DNA of 32,000 bases from Erysipelothrix larvae. Lineage in GTDB: Bacteria > Bacillota_I > Bacilli_A > Erysipelotrichales > Erysipelotrichaceae. Made by a program: the position numbers and the translations under genes. Location: contig NZ_CP013213.1 of assembly GCF_001545095.1 (NCBI RefSeq), forward strand, positions 360,001-392,000, written 5' to 3'. The notes beneath the pieces are model-generated. The model made no database searches, had not been told where the DNA came from, and worked only from the letters and a program-made list of their open reading frames with translations. Each line of letters begins with the position of its first letter. Within the stretch, counting starts at the first letter, position 1. Positions 18,167-26,600 of the stretch are shown one piece after another.

Positions 18167-19267
18167 ATGAGAGTTAAAGCAGCAGTGACGTGGGATGCGG
18201 GTGCTCCCTTTGTTTTAGAGGATGTTGAATTGGATCAACCCAAAGCGACAGAAGTGTTGGTCGAAGTGGTTGCGACAGGTGTTTGCGCAACTGATGCAGG
18301 CGCAGCAGGCGGGCATATGGGTGTTCCATTTCCAATTGTGTTAGGGCATGAAGCATCTGGAATTGTGAAAGAAGTCGGTGAGGCAGTAACCTATGTGAAG
18401 CCTGGCGATCATGTGGTTGTGGCGTGTTGTTTGTGTGGTACCTGTGACAATTGTTTAACAGGAAAACCTGGTTCTTGTGAGCATATCCCACGACTTAATT
18501 TTGGTGGAGCCATGGAAGATGGAACCAAACGTCTTTCCAAAGACGGACACGAAATCTCGACATTCTTTGGTCAATCGACCTTTGCAACCTATGCAGTTAC
18601 CAATGAGAAAAATCTTATCAAGGTTGATAAGTCCTTAGATCTTGAGTTATTAGGCCCATTGGGATGTGGGATTGTGACAGGCAGTGCGACTGTTTTAGAA
18701 GGGTTAAAACCAAAAAGTGGGTCTACAATCGCAATCTATGGCTGTGGTGCAGTGGGATTGAGTGCTGTGATGGCTGCAAAGATTTCAGGGTGTTTAAAGA
18801 TTATTGCTGTTGATATCAATGATGATCGTTTGAAGCTTGCGAAAGAACTGGGTGCTACAGATGTGATTAACAGTAAAGCGCAGGATATCACAGAAATGGT
18901 ACGGTCCTTAACGGATGGAAAAGGTGTACATTATGGTGTGGATGCGACAGGAAACTCTATGGTTGCGAAAAGTGCACTTGCTGCATTAACAAATCAAGGC
19001 GAGTTATGTCTTATTGGTGCAGGATATCAAGAGATTGGTATTGACTTAAACACTGAGTTTCTATTTGGAACAAAGAAACTATCAGGGTATATTGCGGGGC
19101 TTGTATCGTCGAAGTATATTGTCCCACGACTCATTGAGTACTATAAGCAAGGTCAATTTCCATTTGATAAGCTTGTGACATTCTATGATTTTGAGGATAT
19201 TAATCAAGCGTTTGAAGATTCAAAAACAGGCATTACCATTAAGCCAATCCTTCGTATTAAGAAGTAA
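18167..19267 (+). CDS. Zinc-dependent alcohol dehydrogenase (aryl/benzyl-alcohol dehydrogenase-like MDR family)
   Basis: ATG 18167 lies 8 nt after AAGGAGG. The catalytic-zinc motif GHEASGIV, a structural-zinc Cys cluster (CGTCDNCLTGKPGSC) and a Rossmann motif (GCGAVGLS) are all present. Confidence 0.9.
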   Translation: MRVKAAVTWDAGAPFVLEDVELDQPKATEVLVEVVATGVCATDAGAAGGHMGVPFPIVLGHEASGIVKEVGEAVTYVKPGDHVVVACCLCGTCDNCLTGKPGSCEHIPRLNFGGAMEDGTKRLSKDGHEISTFFGQSTFATYAVTNEKNLIKVDKSLDLELLGPLGCGIVTGSATVLEGLKPKSGSTIAIYGCGAVGLSAVMAAKISGCLKIIAVDINDDRLKLAKELGATDVINSKAQDITEMVRSLTDGKGVHYGVDATGNSMVAKSALAALTNQGELCLIGAGYQEIGIDLNTEFLFGTKKLSGYIAGLVSSKYIVPRLIEYYKQGQFPFDKLVTFYDFEDINQAFEDSKTGITIKPILRIKK

Positions 19268-19284
19268 TTCTTCACGATATTAAA

Positions 19285-19314
19285 AAGGAGCACTCAAATG
19301 AATGGGTGCTCCTT
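19285..19314. terminator. Bidirectional terminator between adh and nrdG
   Basis: The stem AAGGAGCAC / GTGCTCCTT (extendable) has an A-run upstream and T-rich sequence downstream. Confidence 0.7.
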
Positions 19315-19320
19315 GTGTGT

Positions 19321-19875
19321 TTAGATAAAGATACCTTTATCCTTTTCTTTTGCTTTTGGAATATTGAGTTCTGGGTCTTTGAACCGTGTTGCGACAACCG
19401 GTGCATTTTTTTCAAGTGACGCAGGAACATCAATAATGCGTTGATTGGTTGATCCTCTAAAAAGTGTTTGAAGACTTCGTTGTGCAAGGATAAACCGGCC
19501 ATCAATGAGGATTTCAATTTGTTCTAAGAACTTTCGAACATAAGGGTCGCGATGTCTTAACAGTGCATCCATTGTATAACCTGTATACGACCACAGGTTA
19601 TAGCCGTGTTTTTTTAGCGCTACTGCAATGTAATAACAACTTTCTGCTTGGACAAAGGGTTCTCCCCCTGAAAAGGTTACGCGTTTTAAATCGCGTTTTA
19701 GAATATCGTCAATGACAGTTTGGATGTCCAAGATTGTCCCACCATCAAATGGGATCGTGCTTTGGTTGTGGCATCCGGGACAGTTGTGTGGACACCCTTG
19801 GGTAAAGATTACCGAACGAAGGCCTTCACCATCTACGATTGAGTCGTGGATGAGTGAGGAAAGTCGGATGGTCAT
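19321..19875 (-). CDS. nrdG: Anaerobic ribonucleoside-triphosphate reductase activating protein (radical SAM)
   Basis: The radical-SAM cluster motif GCPHNCPGCHN is present. The gene sits immediately downstream of nrdD with a 4-nt overlap. Confidence 0.9.
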   Translation of the reverse strand: MTIRLSSLIHDSIVDGEGLRSVIFTQGCPHNCPGCHNQSTIPFDGGTILDIQTVIDDILKRDLKRVTFSGGEPFVQAESCYYIAVALKKHGYNLWSYTGYTMDALLRHRDPYVRKFLEQIEILIDGRFILAQRSLQTLFRGSTNQRIIDVPASLEKNAPVVATRFKDPELNIPKAKEKDKGIFI

Positions 19876-22214
19876 ATGGAGTGTTTTACACGATCATGTT
19901 CTTCGGCGCGTTTCGCATCGTTGAATCGATCAAGGGTACCTACTAAATATCCTGTAATACGACGAATACGTTCAAATGGTTGTGCATTATGTGCTTCTTC
20001 ACTGCGTCCACATACAGGACATACATCGTTGATGATTCCGGTATAACCACATGCCGGGTCACGGTCTACAGGGTGGTTGATTGCACCATATCCGATTTGG
20101 TAGTCGTGCATCTTACGCACAACTTCTTCAAAGGCTTCAAGGTTTTTAGTCGTATCGCCATCAAGTTCTACATAAGTGATGTGTCCACCGTTTGTAAGGT
20201 TGTGGTAGGGTGCTTCAAGTTGGAGTTTTTTGTCCACTGTTACATCATAGTAAACTGGAACATGGAAGGAGTTTGTGTAGTAATCGCGATCGGTAATGGC
20301 TTCAATGCTACCAAAGATTGATTGGTCAATTGCCACAAAGCGTCCTGAGAGTCCTTCTGCTGGTGTTGCGATGAGTGAGAAGTTGAGTCCGTATTCTTGG
20401 CTGTATTCATCGGCTTTCGCACGCATAAATCCAACAATTCGTAATCCAAGTTCTTGGGCTTCTTCGCTTTCTCCATGGTGCACACCAATCAATGCTTTTA
20501 GACATTCCGCAAGGCCAATAAATCCAAAGGCTAGGGAACCGTGTTTGAGGACACGACGAAGGTTTTCACTTGGTTTAAGTGTTTCTGAGTTTTTCCAAAC
20601 ACCTTGTCCTAAAAGGAATTTAAAGTTTGATACATGTTTTGCACATTGAATATCAAAGCGTTCAAGCAGTTGGTCTTTCACGAGGTCCATTAAGTCGCCT
20701 AATTCTTCAAAGAATCCGTCAATATCTGGAGTTTCATTGTTTAAAAGTCCATGTTTAATACCTAAACGTACGAGGTTGATTGAGGTAAAGCTTAGGTTAC
20801 CACGTCCGGTCACAACTTCATTATCTGGATCAGTAATATCCCCCATTACACGGGTACGACACCCCATATAGGTACATTCTGTTTCATAATCACCGTCTTT
20901 GTAATATTGAAGGTTAAACGGTGAGTCGATGAATGAGAAGTTAGGGAAGAGTCGTTTTGAAGAAACAGCAATTGATTTTTTGAATAAATCGTAGTTAGGG
21001 TCTTCTGGATTGTAGTTAACGCCTTCTTTAACTTTAAAGATTGAAATTGGGAAAATCGGTGTTTCACCTTTTCCAAGTCCTGAATCCAATGCGTCAAGGT
21101 AGTTGTCCACAACCATGCGTCCTTCAGGTGAAATATCAGTACCAAAGTTCAGTGAACTAAATGGTACTTGTGCACCCGCACGAGAGTGCATGGTATTAAG
21201 GTTGTGAATGAATGCTTCCATTGCTTGGAAAGTGATCCGATTGGTGACTGCGAGTGCTTTTTCATACGCTTTTTCCACAAGTTTCATGACAGCATCGTTT
21301 TTACCTGCAACTAAACGGAGATCATCTAAAGTGACATCAATGGATGTGAATGCATCGATGGTTGCGACTGCTTTATCCATGTTGAAGTCTAAGAGAAGAT
21401 CTTGAAGGTCAAGGTATTCATAAATTCGTTGTTTGAATTGTTTTTTGAAGGTGTTAAGGACACCGGGTGCCATGTAGTAGTCAAATGCAGGAATACTTTG
21501 GCCTCCATGTTGGTCGTTTTGATTGGATTGAATGGCGATTGCAGCTAAAGCAGCATAAGACATGATGTCTTTTGGTTTACGTAAGTGTCCATGACCTGTA
21601 GAGAACCCATTTTCAAAGAGTTTTGCGAGGTTAATTTGATTACAGGTTGTGGTACCCATTGGTAAAAAGTCCATATCATGGATGTGAATTTGTCCTGAAT
21701 CATGAGCATTGTAAAAGTTATGACTCATTTGATATGCTTTCGCAAATTCTTTGGATACGGTTGAACCAAACTGCAACATCATTCCCATTGGACTGTTGCC
21801 ATCAACGTTTGCGTTTTCACGTTTACTATCGTCTTCGTGTGCTTCTTTTTGATTGAGGGCTTCAATCGCTTTAAGGAATTTGTGTTGTTTAGAGATAAAG
21901 ATTTTACGCGATTCATTACGACGGTTACGATATGAAGAAAATGATTCGTAAACATCAATATAATTCTGACGTAAAAGTTCACGTTCAATTAAGTCCTGAA
22001 TGTGTTCAATAGACACAAAAGGATCCCCGTCAACGCTTTGAGCCAACACCGCTAATACTGCAGAGTACACTTCGTTTACATCATCACTGCTATATTTCTT
22101 GTTTTCTACAGAATCAAAGCCTTTTTTGATTGCGACTGCGATTTTTTCACCGTTAAATTTTGATTTGCGATTATCACGTTTAAGTATTACTAAATTTTCT
22201 AATTTATTTTCCAT
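19872..22214 (-). CDS. nrdD: Anaerobic ribonucleoside-triphosphate reductase (class III), with N-terminal ATP-cone
   Basis: 780 aa. It has an ATP-cone-like N-terminus (ILKRDNRKSKFNGEKI), a C-terminal Zn-ribbon (CPVCG) and the glycyl-radical motif RRITGY. Confidence 0.95.
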   Translation of the reverse strand: MENKLENLVILKRDNRKSKFNGEKIAVAIKKGFDSVENKKYSSDDVNEVYSAVLAVLAQSVDGDPFVSIEHIQDLIERELLRQNYIDVYESFSSYRNRRNESRKIFISKQHKFLKAIEALNQKEAHEDDSKRENANVDGNSPMGMMLQFGSTVSKEFAKAYQMSHNFYNAHDSGQIHIHDMDFLPMGTTTCNQINLAKLFENGFSTGHGHLRKPKDIMSYAALAAIAIQSNQNDQHGGQSIPAFDYYMAPGVLNTFKKQFKQRIYEYLDLQDLLLDFNMDKAVATIDAFTSIDVTLDDLRLVAGKNDAVMKLVEKAYEKALAVTNRITFQAMEAFIHNLNTMHSRAGAQVPFSSLNFGTDISPEGRMVVDNYLDALDSGLGKGETPIFPISIFKVKEGVNYNPEDPNYDLFKKSIAVSSKRLFPNFSFIDSPFNLQYYKDGDYETECTYMGCRTRVMGDITDPDNEVVTGRGNLSFTSINLVRLGIKHGLLNNETPDIDGFFEELGDLMDLVKDQLLERFDIQCAKHVSNFKFLLGQGVWKNSETLKPSENLRRVLKHGSLAFGFIGLAECLKALIGVHHGESEEAQELGLRIVGFMRAKADEYSQEYGLNFSLIATPAEGLSGRFVAIDQSIFGSIEAITDRDYYTNSFHVPVYYDVTVDKKLQLEAPYHNLTNGGHITYVELDGDTTKNLEAFEEVVRKMHDYQIGYGAINHPVDRDPACGYTGIINDVCPVCGRSEEAHNAQPFERIRRITGYLVGTLDRFNDAKRAEEHDRVKHSI

Positions 22215-22370
22215 AATTCGATTTTCCCTCCGTATAAAATAACTACAAATAGCATATCTTTTATCAATGACAGATTCAAGGCTATATTGGGTAACTTTCG
22301 AATTGTTATTCCTTTAACAAAGTTTAATCATAAAATATTTAACGATAAACGATATGCTTGTGAAAAAGTA

Positions 22371-22379
22371 TGGTATAAT
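22371..22379 (+). promoter_or_regulatory. Candidate extended -10 (TGgTATAAT) for the HTH regulator gene
   Basis: TGGTATAAT lies 18 nt upstream of ATG 22397. There is no clear -35. Confidence 0.35.
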
Positions 22380-22396
22380 TACACAAGGTGATGACG

Positions 22397-22606
22397 ATGA
22401 TAGTAATCAGACTTGATCGGGTTATGGCCGATCGTAAAATGTCTTTAAAGGATTTATCCCAAAAGACTGGAATCTCGGAAGTCAATCTTTCGAAACTGAA
22501 AAATGAACGTGTAAAAGCGATTCGATTCTCGACACTCAATGCGATATGCCGTGAGTTGAAATGTCAACCCAGAGATCTACTCGAGTTCATTTATGATCTT
22601 GAGTAG
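22397..22606 (+). CDS. Small XRE/Cro-type helix-turn-helix transcriptional regulator (YozG-like)
   Basis: MIVIRLDRVMADRKMSLKDLSQKTGISEVNLSKLKNERVKAIRFSTLNAICRELKCQPRDLL closely follows the YozG-family pattern. In-frame alternative starts are at 22388 and 22391. Confidence 0.8.
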   Translation: MIVIRLDRVMADRKMSLKDLSQKTGISEVNLSKLKNERVKAIRFSTLNAICRELKCQPRDLLEFIYDLE

Positions 22607-22786
22607 TCGGTTTAAGACTTCATGGATAAGCCCTTTTTCAAATTGGGCAAATGGGTGTCCCAAAGTGTGCATGAATGTATCCTTCTTATGCTTTTTTAAG
22701 GCGTTTGATGATGCTTAAGATACAGGGTGAAATCCATTCATAGAAGACTGGTTTCTTCCAAGGTGCACACAATTTGTGTGTCTTTA

Positions 22787-22818
22787 AGACCCGGTTCTAA
22801 GGGTCTGTCGTTTTGTTT
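22787..22818 (+). terminator. Weak terminator-like hairpin about 180 nt downstream of the HTH gene
   Basis: A 6-bp GC-rich stem (AGACCC / GGGTCT) with an 8-nt loop is followed by GTCGTTTTGTTT. Confidence 0.35.
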
Positions 22819-22948
22819 AATCGGCTTTAGGACTTCTATGAGCCAGCGTCAACGGACACACATTCGCACTAAGATCCTTGTTACGCATGATGTTGTATTT
22901 GACACGCATCGTGGTTTTGCTTGTGGACGGTGTTTGTATATTAACCAT
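22817..22948 (-). CDS. Candidate small ORF (43 aa, basic), function unknown
   Basis: ATG 22948 lies 8 nt after a canonical AAAGGAG (reverse complement of 22957-22963). The product is MVNIQTPSTSKTTMRVKYNIMRNKDLSANVCPLTLAHRSPKAD. I recognise no family and see no clear terminator. Confidence 0.2.
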   Translation of the reverse strand: MVNIQTPSTSKTTMRVKYNIMRNKDLSANVCPLTLAHRSPKAD

Positions 22949-23121
22949 TTGAAAATCTCCTTTATGGCGATTATAAAATGAATCAATTTGAAATCTCAAC
23001 ACCAAAACACCCTTCTTTTTTCGCAAATACTTGGGTTTATCGTGTGTTTTAACCGTATAAACGTTGAAATCAGAGGGTGGATTTGTTAAAATGTAGTAGA
23101 TTATTGAAAGGCATGATAAAT

Positions 23122-23355
23122 ATGGCTCAGTTTCTAGAATTCTTATTATTAATTGTATCAGCACTGCTGATCATTCTATCATTATTACAAAGCGGAAAAT
23201 CTGAAGGATTTACGGGGGCATTTACAGGAAGTTCAAGTTTGAACTTATTCTCAAACACCAAAGAACGTGGTGCTGAGAAAGTAATCTCACGTATAACGAT
23301 GGTTACGGGATGTCTTTATTTTGTTCTCGTAGTTATAATCTTGATAGTACAATAA
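23122..23355 (+). CDS. secG: Preprotein translocase subunit SecG
   Basis: 77 aa. MAQFLEFLLLIVSALLIILSLLQSGKSEGFTGAFTGSS...ISRITMVTGCLYFVLVVII shows the SecG two-TM pattern with the LLQ.GK motif. It has the conserved position upstream of rnr-smpB. Confidence 0.85.
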   Translation: MAQFLEFLLLIVSALLIILSLLQSGKSEGFTGAFTGSSSLNLFSNTKERGAEKVISRITMVTGCLYFVLVVIILIVQ

Positions 23356-23356
23356 G

Positions 23357-23374
23357 ACCGCATATGCGGTTTTT
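23357..23374 (+). terminator. Short hairpin plus T-run between secG and rnr (terminator or attenuator)
   Basis: ACCGCA-TA-TGCGGT is followed by TTTTTATTTT. Confidence 0.55.
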
Positions 23375-23391
23375 ATTTTGAAGAGGTACAT

Positions 23392-25491
23392 ATGAAACAT
23401 ACAGACACACAGTATGAAAAAGTAAAACAAGCGTTGTTTAAAGCGAATGGAACGGTCTACTCAGTGGATACATGGATTCAAAATTTGAATCAAACACTGG
23501 GCTTTTCATCATCCATTTGTGAGTCTGTTTTTAAGACAATGAAAGCCCATGAAGAATTGGTTCAAATTGATGACTTGCTTTATGTTATCGATAAGACGCA
23601 TTTCAGGCTTGGAACCCTAAGAGTTGTCAGAGAAACCTTTGGCTTTGTCGGAGATAAGGCCGATGCAATCTATATCGGGGGACGCAATTTTAATGGAGCA
23701 CTGGATCGTGATGTTGTTTTAGTACAATGTAATCAAGTGAATAAACAAGAAGAGGGGGATGTCATCAAGGTAATGGAACGTAAGCGTTCCTTCATCCTTG
23801 GTACCTTTGAAAAAAAGGGGAAGACACTCCTTTTTAAACCCTATGAAAATAAATTCCCGTATAATTTTGAGATTAAAGGGGAGGCAACACCAAACCAACG
23901 TGTGATTATCGCAGTGGACCGTGTTAAAAATGGTGTCGTAGAAGGCCATGTGCAATCGGTATTGGGATTAGCAGATGAACCTGGTATTGATGTGATCTCA
24001 GTGTTAATGGTTCATGATCTTGAGGTTGCCTTTAATCAGGATGCGCTTGATCAAGCAGCGACAATGCCTGATGAAGTCGATCCAACAAGTTTTGAAGGAC
24101 GCATCGATCATCGCAATCAAAACGTCATCACCGTCGATGGTGAAGATGCAAAAGATTTGGATGATGCGATTTATCTCGAACGTAAAGCAGATGGGTATCG
24201 CTTGTATGTCCATATTGCGGATGTGAGTCACTATGTAACACCAAAATCACCCCTTGATGTGAATGCGTCAGAACGTACGTCTTCAATTTACCTTGTAGAC
24301 CGCGTTGTACCGATGTTACCCAAAAACCTTTCCAATGGTGTGTGTTCTTTGCACCCCAATGTGGATCGTTTAACACTGACATGTATGATGGACATTGATT
24401 CGAAAGGGGTTGTGGATAACTATGCGGTTTATCCTTCAATCATTCAATCAAAACGTCGCATGAGTTATAATGAAATTAATCAAAATGATACATGGGGCAA
24501 TGAAACGGATATGATTCACGACATGCTTCATTGTGCACAAATACTGCACTACACACGCAACCAAGCAGGGTCAATTGACTTTGAAAGTGATGAGGCGAAA
24601 TATGTGGTGGATCATGAGGGGAATGTCTTAGACATTTACCGTCGAACACAAGGTGAAGCCGAAGCCATGATTGAAGCATTCATGGTTTGTGCCAATGAAA
24701 CAGTTGCCCGGCATTGTAAATACTTGGAAATTCCAATTATGTACCGTGTCCATGAGAAACCAGATCTAGAGAAAGTCAAAGGATTGTCTCATACGCTGCG
24801 TACTTTAGGGTACCGTATGAAGGGAAGCTTGGATAAAATTCATCCAAAGACCCTTCAAAAAGCAATGGACTACTTTAAAGATAGACCCGAAGGCCCGGTT
24901 GTATCGCGTTTAATGATTCGTTCGATGAGTAAAGCACGCTATGATCAAGAACCGATTGGTCACTTTGGTTTAGCATTGGAAGACTATGCCCACTTTACCT
25001 CTCCAATTCGTCGTTATCCTGATTTATGGCTCCATCAATGTTTGAGAAAGTATGTCTTTAATCATGATTTCTCTCACTTTAATGACGATGTGCAGATGGC
25101 CCAAGATTGTGCAGCACATGTATCATCCAAAGAACGGGATATCATGGAAGCAGAACGCGATGTTGAGAAGATTAAGAAAGCACAGTACATGAAAGATAAA
25201 AAAGGTGAAGCCTATGAAGGGTTCATCAGTGGATTCAGTAATTACGGTATCTTTGTGGAACTGGAAAACACCGTTGAAGGGGTTGTACCTTTTAGAAGTA
25301 TGCGGGATCATATGGTTGTGGATATGGCCTCACAAAAAGCCATCGGTACGCATACCAATGTTACCTATGTGTTAGGACAAAAAGTAAATGTAAAAGTAGA
25401 ATCTGTTGACTTACAAGAACATGAAGTAGAGTTCTTTATGAAAGAGAAAAGGGGGGCGAAAAAACGTGTTAAGTATCGCAAAAAATCGTAA
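23392..25491 (+). CDS. rnr: Ribonuclease R
   Basis: 699 aa. The RNB catalytic domain motifs (DGEDAKDLDDAIY, HFGLALEDYAHFTSPIRRYPDL) are followed by a C-terminal S1 domain and a basic tail. Confidence 0.95.
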   Translation: MKHTDTQYEKVKQALFKANGTVYSVDTWIQNLNQTLGFSSSICESVFKTMKAHEELVQIDDLLYVIDKTHFRLGTLRVVRETFGFVGDKADAIYIGGRNFNGALDRDVVLVQCNQVNKQEEGDVIKVMERKRSFILGTFEKKGKTLLFKPYENKFPYNFEIKGEATPNQRVIIAVDRVKNGVVEGHVQSVLGLADEPGIDVISVLMVHDLEVAFNQDALDQAATMPDEVDPTSFEGRIDHRNQNVITVDGEDAKDLDDAIYLERKADGYRLYVHIADVSHYVTPKSPLDVNASERTSSIYLVDRVVPMLPKNLSNGVCSLHPNVDRLTLTCMMDIDSKGVVDNYAVYPSIIQSKRRMSYNEINQNDTWGNETDMIHDMLHCAQILHYTRNQAGSIDFESDEAKYVVDHEGNVLDIYRRTQGEAEAMIEAFMVCANETVARHCKYLEIPIMYRVHEKPDLEKVKGLSHTLRTLGYRMKGSLDKIHPKTLQKAMDYFKDRPEGPVVSRLMIRSMSKARYDQEPIGHFGLALEDYAHFTSPIRRYPDLWLHQCLRKYVFNHDFSHFNDDVQMAQDCAAHVSSKERDIMEAERDVEKIKKAQYMKDKKGEAYEGFISGFSNYGIFVELENTVEGVVPFRSMRDHMVVDMASQKAIGTHTNVTYVLGQKVNVKVESVDLQEHEVEFFMKEKRGAKKRVKYRKKS

Positions 25492-25915
25492 AGCGTATCA
25501 TGATTATTTCATCAACGATACTTTTGAAGCTGGATTAGTGCTCACAGGCACCGAAATTAAATCCATTCGTCAAGGGCATGTACAACTCAAAGAATCCTAT
25601 ATCTCCATCCGCGATGGTGAAGCATGGATTAAAGGAATGCACATTGCACCCTATGATTTTGGAAATCGATTTAATCATGATGAAACCCGTGATCGCAAGT
25701 TGTTGTTGCATTCACATGAGATAAAAAAACTATTCAAAGAAATACAACTTCAAGGAAATACAATCGTACCGCTTCATTTATATTTGAAGAATGGTCGCGC
25801 GAAACTTGAAATTGGTGTTGCGAAAGGGAAGCATCTCTATGACAAACGTGCAACAGAACGTGATCGTTCCCTGAAACGTGAAGCGCAAAAGGCAACCAAA
25901 GAACGATATCAATAA
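25466..25915 (+). CDS. smpB: SsrA-binding protein SmpB
   Basis: IAKNRKAYHDYFI...EAGLVLTGTEIKSIR...KLLLHSHEIKKL is a canonical SmpB sequence. The GTG start at 25466 follows AAAAGGGGGG and overlaps the rnr 3' end. Confidence 0.95.
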   Translation: MLSIAKNRKAYHDYFINDTFEAGLVLTGTEIKSIRQGHVQLKESYISIRDGEAWIKGMHIAPYDFGNRFNHDETRDRKLLLHSHEIKKLFKEIQLQGNTIVPLHLYLKNGRAKLEIGVAKGKHLYDKRATERDRSLKREAQKATKERYQ

Positions 25916-25923
25916 TATCCGAT

Positions 25924-25955
25924 AAACTCAATTCAGCTGTGGATTGAGTTTTTTC
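25924..25955 (+). terminator. Rho-independent terminator after smpB
   Basis: The stem AAACTCAAT / ATTGAGTTT with a 10-nt loop is followed by a T-run. Confidence 0.75.
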
Positions 25956-26294
25956 TTGTAATTAAGGTTTGAATAAGGTTGAGTCCGTATACTATCAGTG
26001 TAAGGTGATTAAAATCACATTGAACCAATGGAGGTGATACCAACCGATTGTACTTGACAAGAATTTATGAGTATCCTAAAACTTAGATCGGGTAAGAGTC
26101 AATGAATCACAAACGCAAAGAGTTTATCATCAACATGAACACGTATTAACTTCTTCTCCCCTTATACAATCGAAAACGTATTGTGTTTTCAATCTCCTAA
26201 AAATATGTTCATGGGTGACTTTACTCTTGTGATACAGGTCTTCTCTTTATAAATCATTACAGTTGTCGGTAGATTATGAAGAAATGACGACGAA

Positions 26295-26344
26295 TCCTTG
26301 CATTATGGAATCAATGAGTTGATCCTAAATGCAAGGAATTTTTT
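26295..26344 (+). terminator. Orphan strong terminator-like hairpin in ORF-free DNA
   Basis: A 10-bp perfect stem (TCCTTGCATT 26295-26304 / AATGCAAGGA 26328-26337) contains an inner 5-bp helix (ATCAA/TTGAT) and is followed by ATTTTTTG. No annotated gene lies upstream of it. Confidence 0.55.
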
Positions 26345-26388
26345 GTTATAAAGGGTTTTTATATAAGGTATGATAAATGCAATGTTAA

Positions 26389-26600
26389 TTATTGATAACT
26401 TTTGGTGAACTACCCGCCACTTAGCATACGCTCGAAGTGGGGGCTTCTTGAGAACAAAGCAAACTTAATCGACATTCCTGTCGACCAGCGGTCACTTTTA
26501 TTTATCAAGCTATCCCCGATGTCCCATCGGTTTATTGTTTTTCATTCTTAGGATTGATGCGAAAGTCTTAATCCTTCATTCAGGATATTGATGCTTGCAT
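26389..26600 (-). ncRNA. Predicted TnpB omega (right-end) guide RNA region. The extent is inferred, not observed
   Basis: The 3' end of tnpB plus about 145 nt downstream contain several hairpins: CCGATG-TCC-CATCGG at 26516-26530, TCGACA-TTCC-TGTCGA at 26469-26484 and the RE hairpin at 26414-26443. In characterised TnpB systems the omega RNA maps to exactly this position. Confidence 0.4.
26414..26443 (-). repeat. Right-end subterminal imperfect hairpin of the IS
   Basis: CCGCCACTT (26414-26422) pairs with AAGTGGGGG (26435-26443) with one mismatch and a 12-nt loop. Confidence 0.5.

Noticed and set aside
19272-19517. An 81-aa minus-strand ORF overlaps the nrdG 3' region and the terminator.
   Set aside because: It is out of frame with, and nested against, the well-supported NrdG CDS, and it runs through the adh/nrdG terminator hairpin.
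19980-21988. Multiple 65-117-aa ORFs on both strands lie within nrdD (for example 19980-20321, 20296-20649, 20846-21145).
   Set aside because: All are nested in or antisense to the well-supported 780-aa NrdD frame. None has recognisable motifs or an SD sequence.
22215-22340. Possible NrdR boxes lie upstream of nrdD. On the minus strand, ACCCAATATAGCCTTG and an ATAT-centred site about 31 bp downstream overlap a TTGAAT-17-TATGCT promoter.
   Set aside because: The spacing is suggestive. However, the first site matches only the left half of the acaCwAtATaTwGtgt consensus (about 10 of 16 positions) and the second matches poorly. The evidence is too weak to call without a position weight matrix scan and proof that nrdR exists in this genome.
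22817-22948. The 43-aa ORF could be read as a ribosomal protein L32 (or L33) paralog.
   Set aside because: The resemblance is limited to a few short words (TSKT, LSA.NV.CP, LAHR). The conserved basic N-terminal PxRRxSK motif and the Zn-ribbon cysteines are missing, and no Zur-box-like CGTAAT palindrome lies upstream. I kept it only as a remark.
22727-23164. The ORF track shows an 84-aa plus ORF (22727-22981) and a 115-aa minus ORF (22817-23164).
   Set aside because: They overlap each other and have no SD at their annotated starts. Their composition is odd, and the 115-aa ORF would run into the secG ribosome-binding-site region. I retained only the internal 43-codon segment with a strong SD, as a low-confidence candidate.
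25916-26547. The tmRNA gene (ssrA) is expected after smpB.
   Set aside because: There is no GGGG 5' start with a matching 3' acceptor, no T-arm GGTTCGA.TCC and no tag ORF ending in an Ala-rich stop on either strand. I therefore did not annotate it. The absence is reported as a finding instead.
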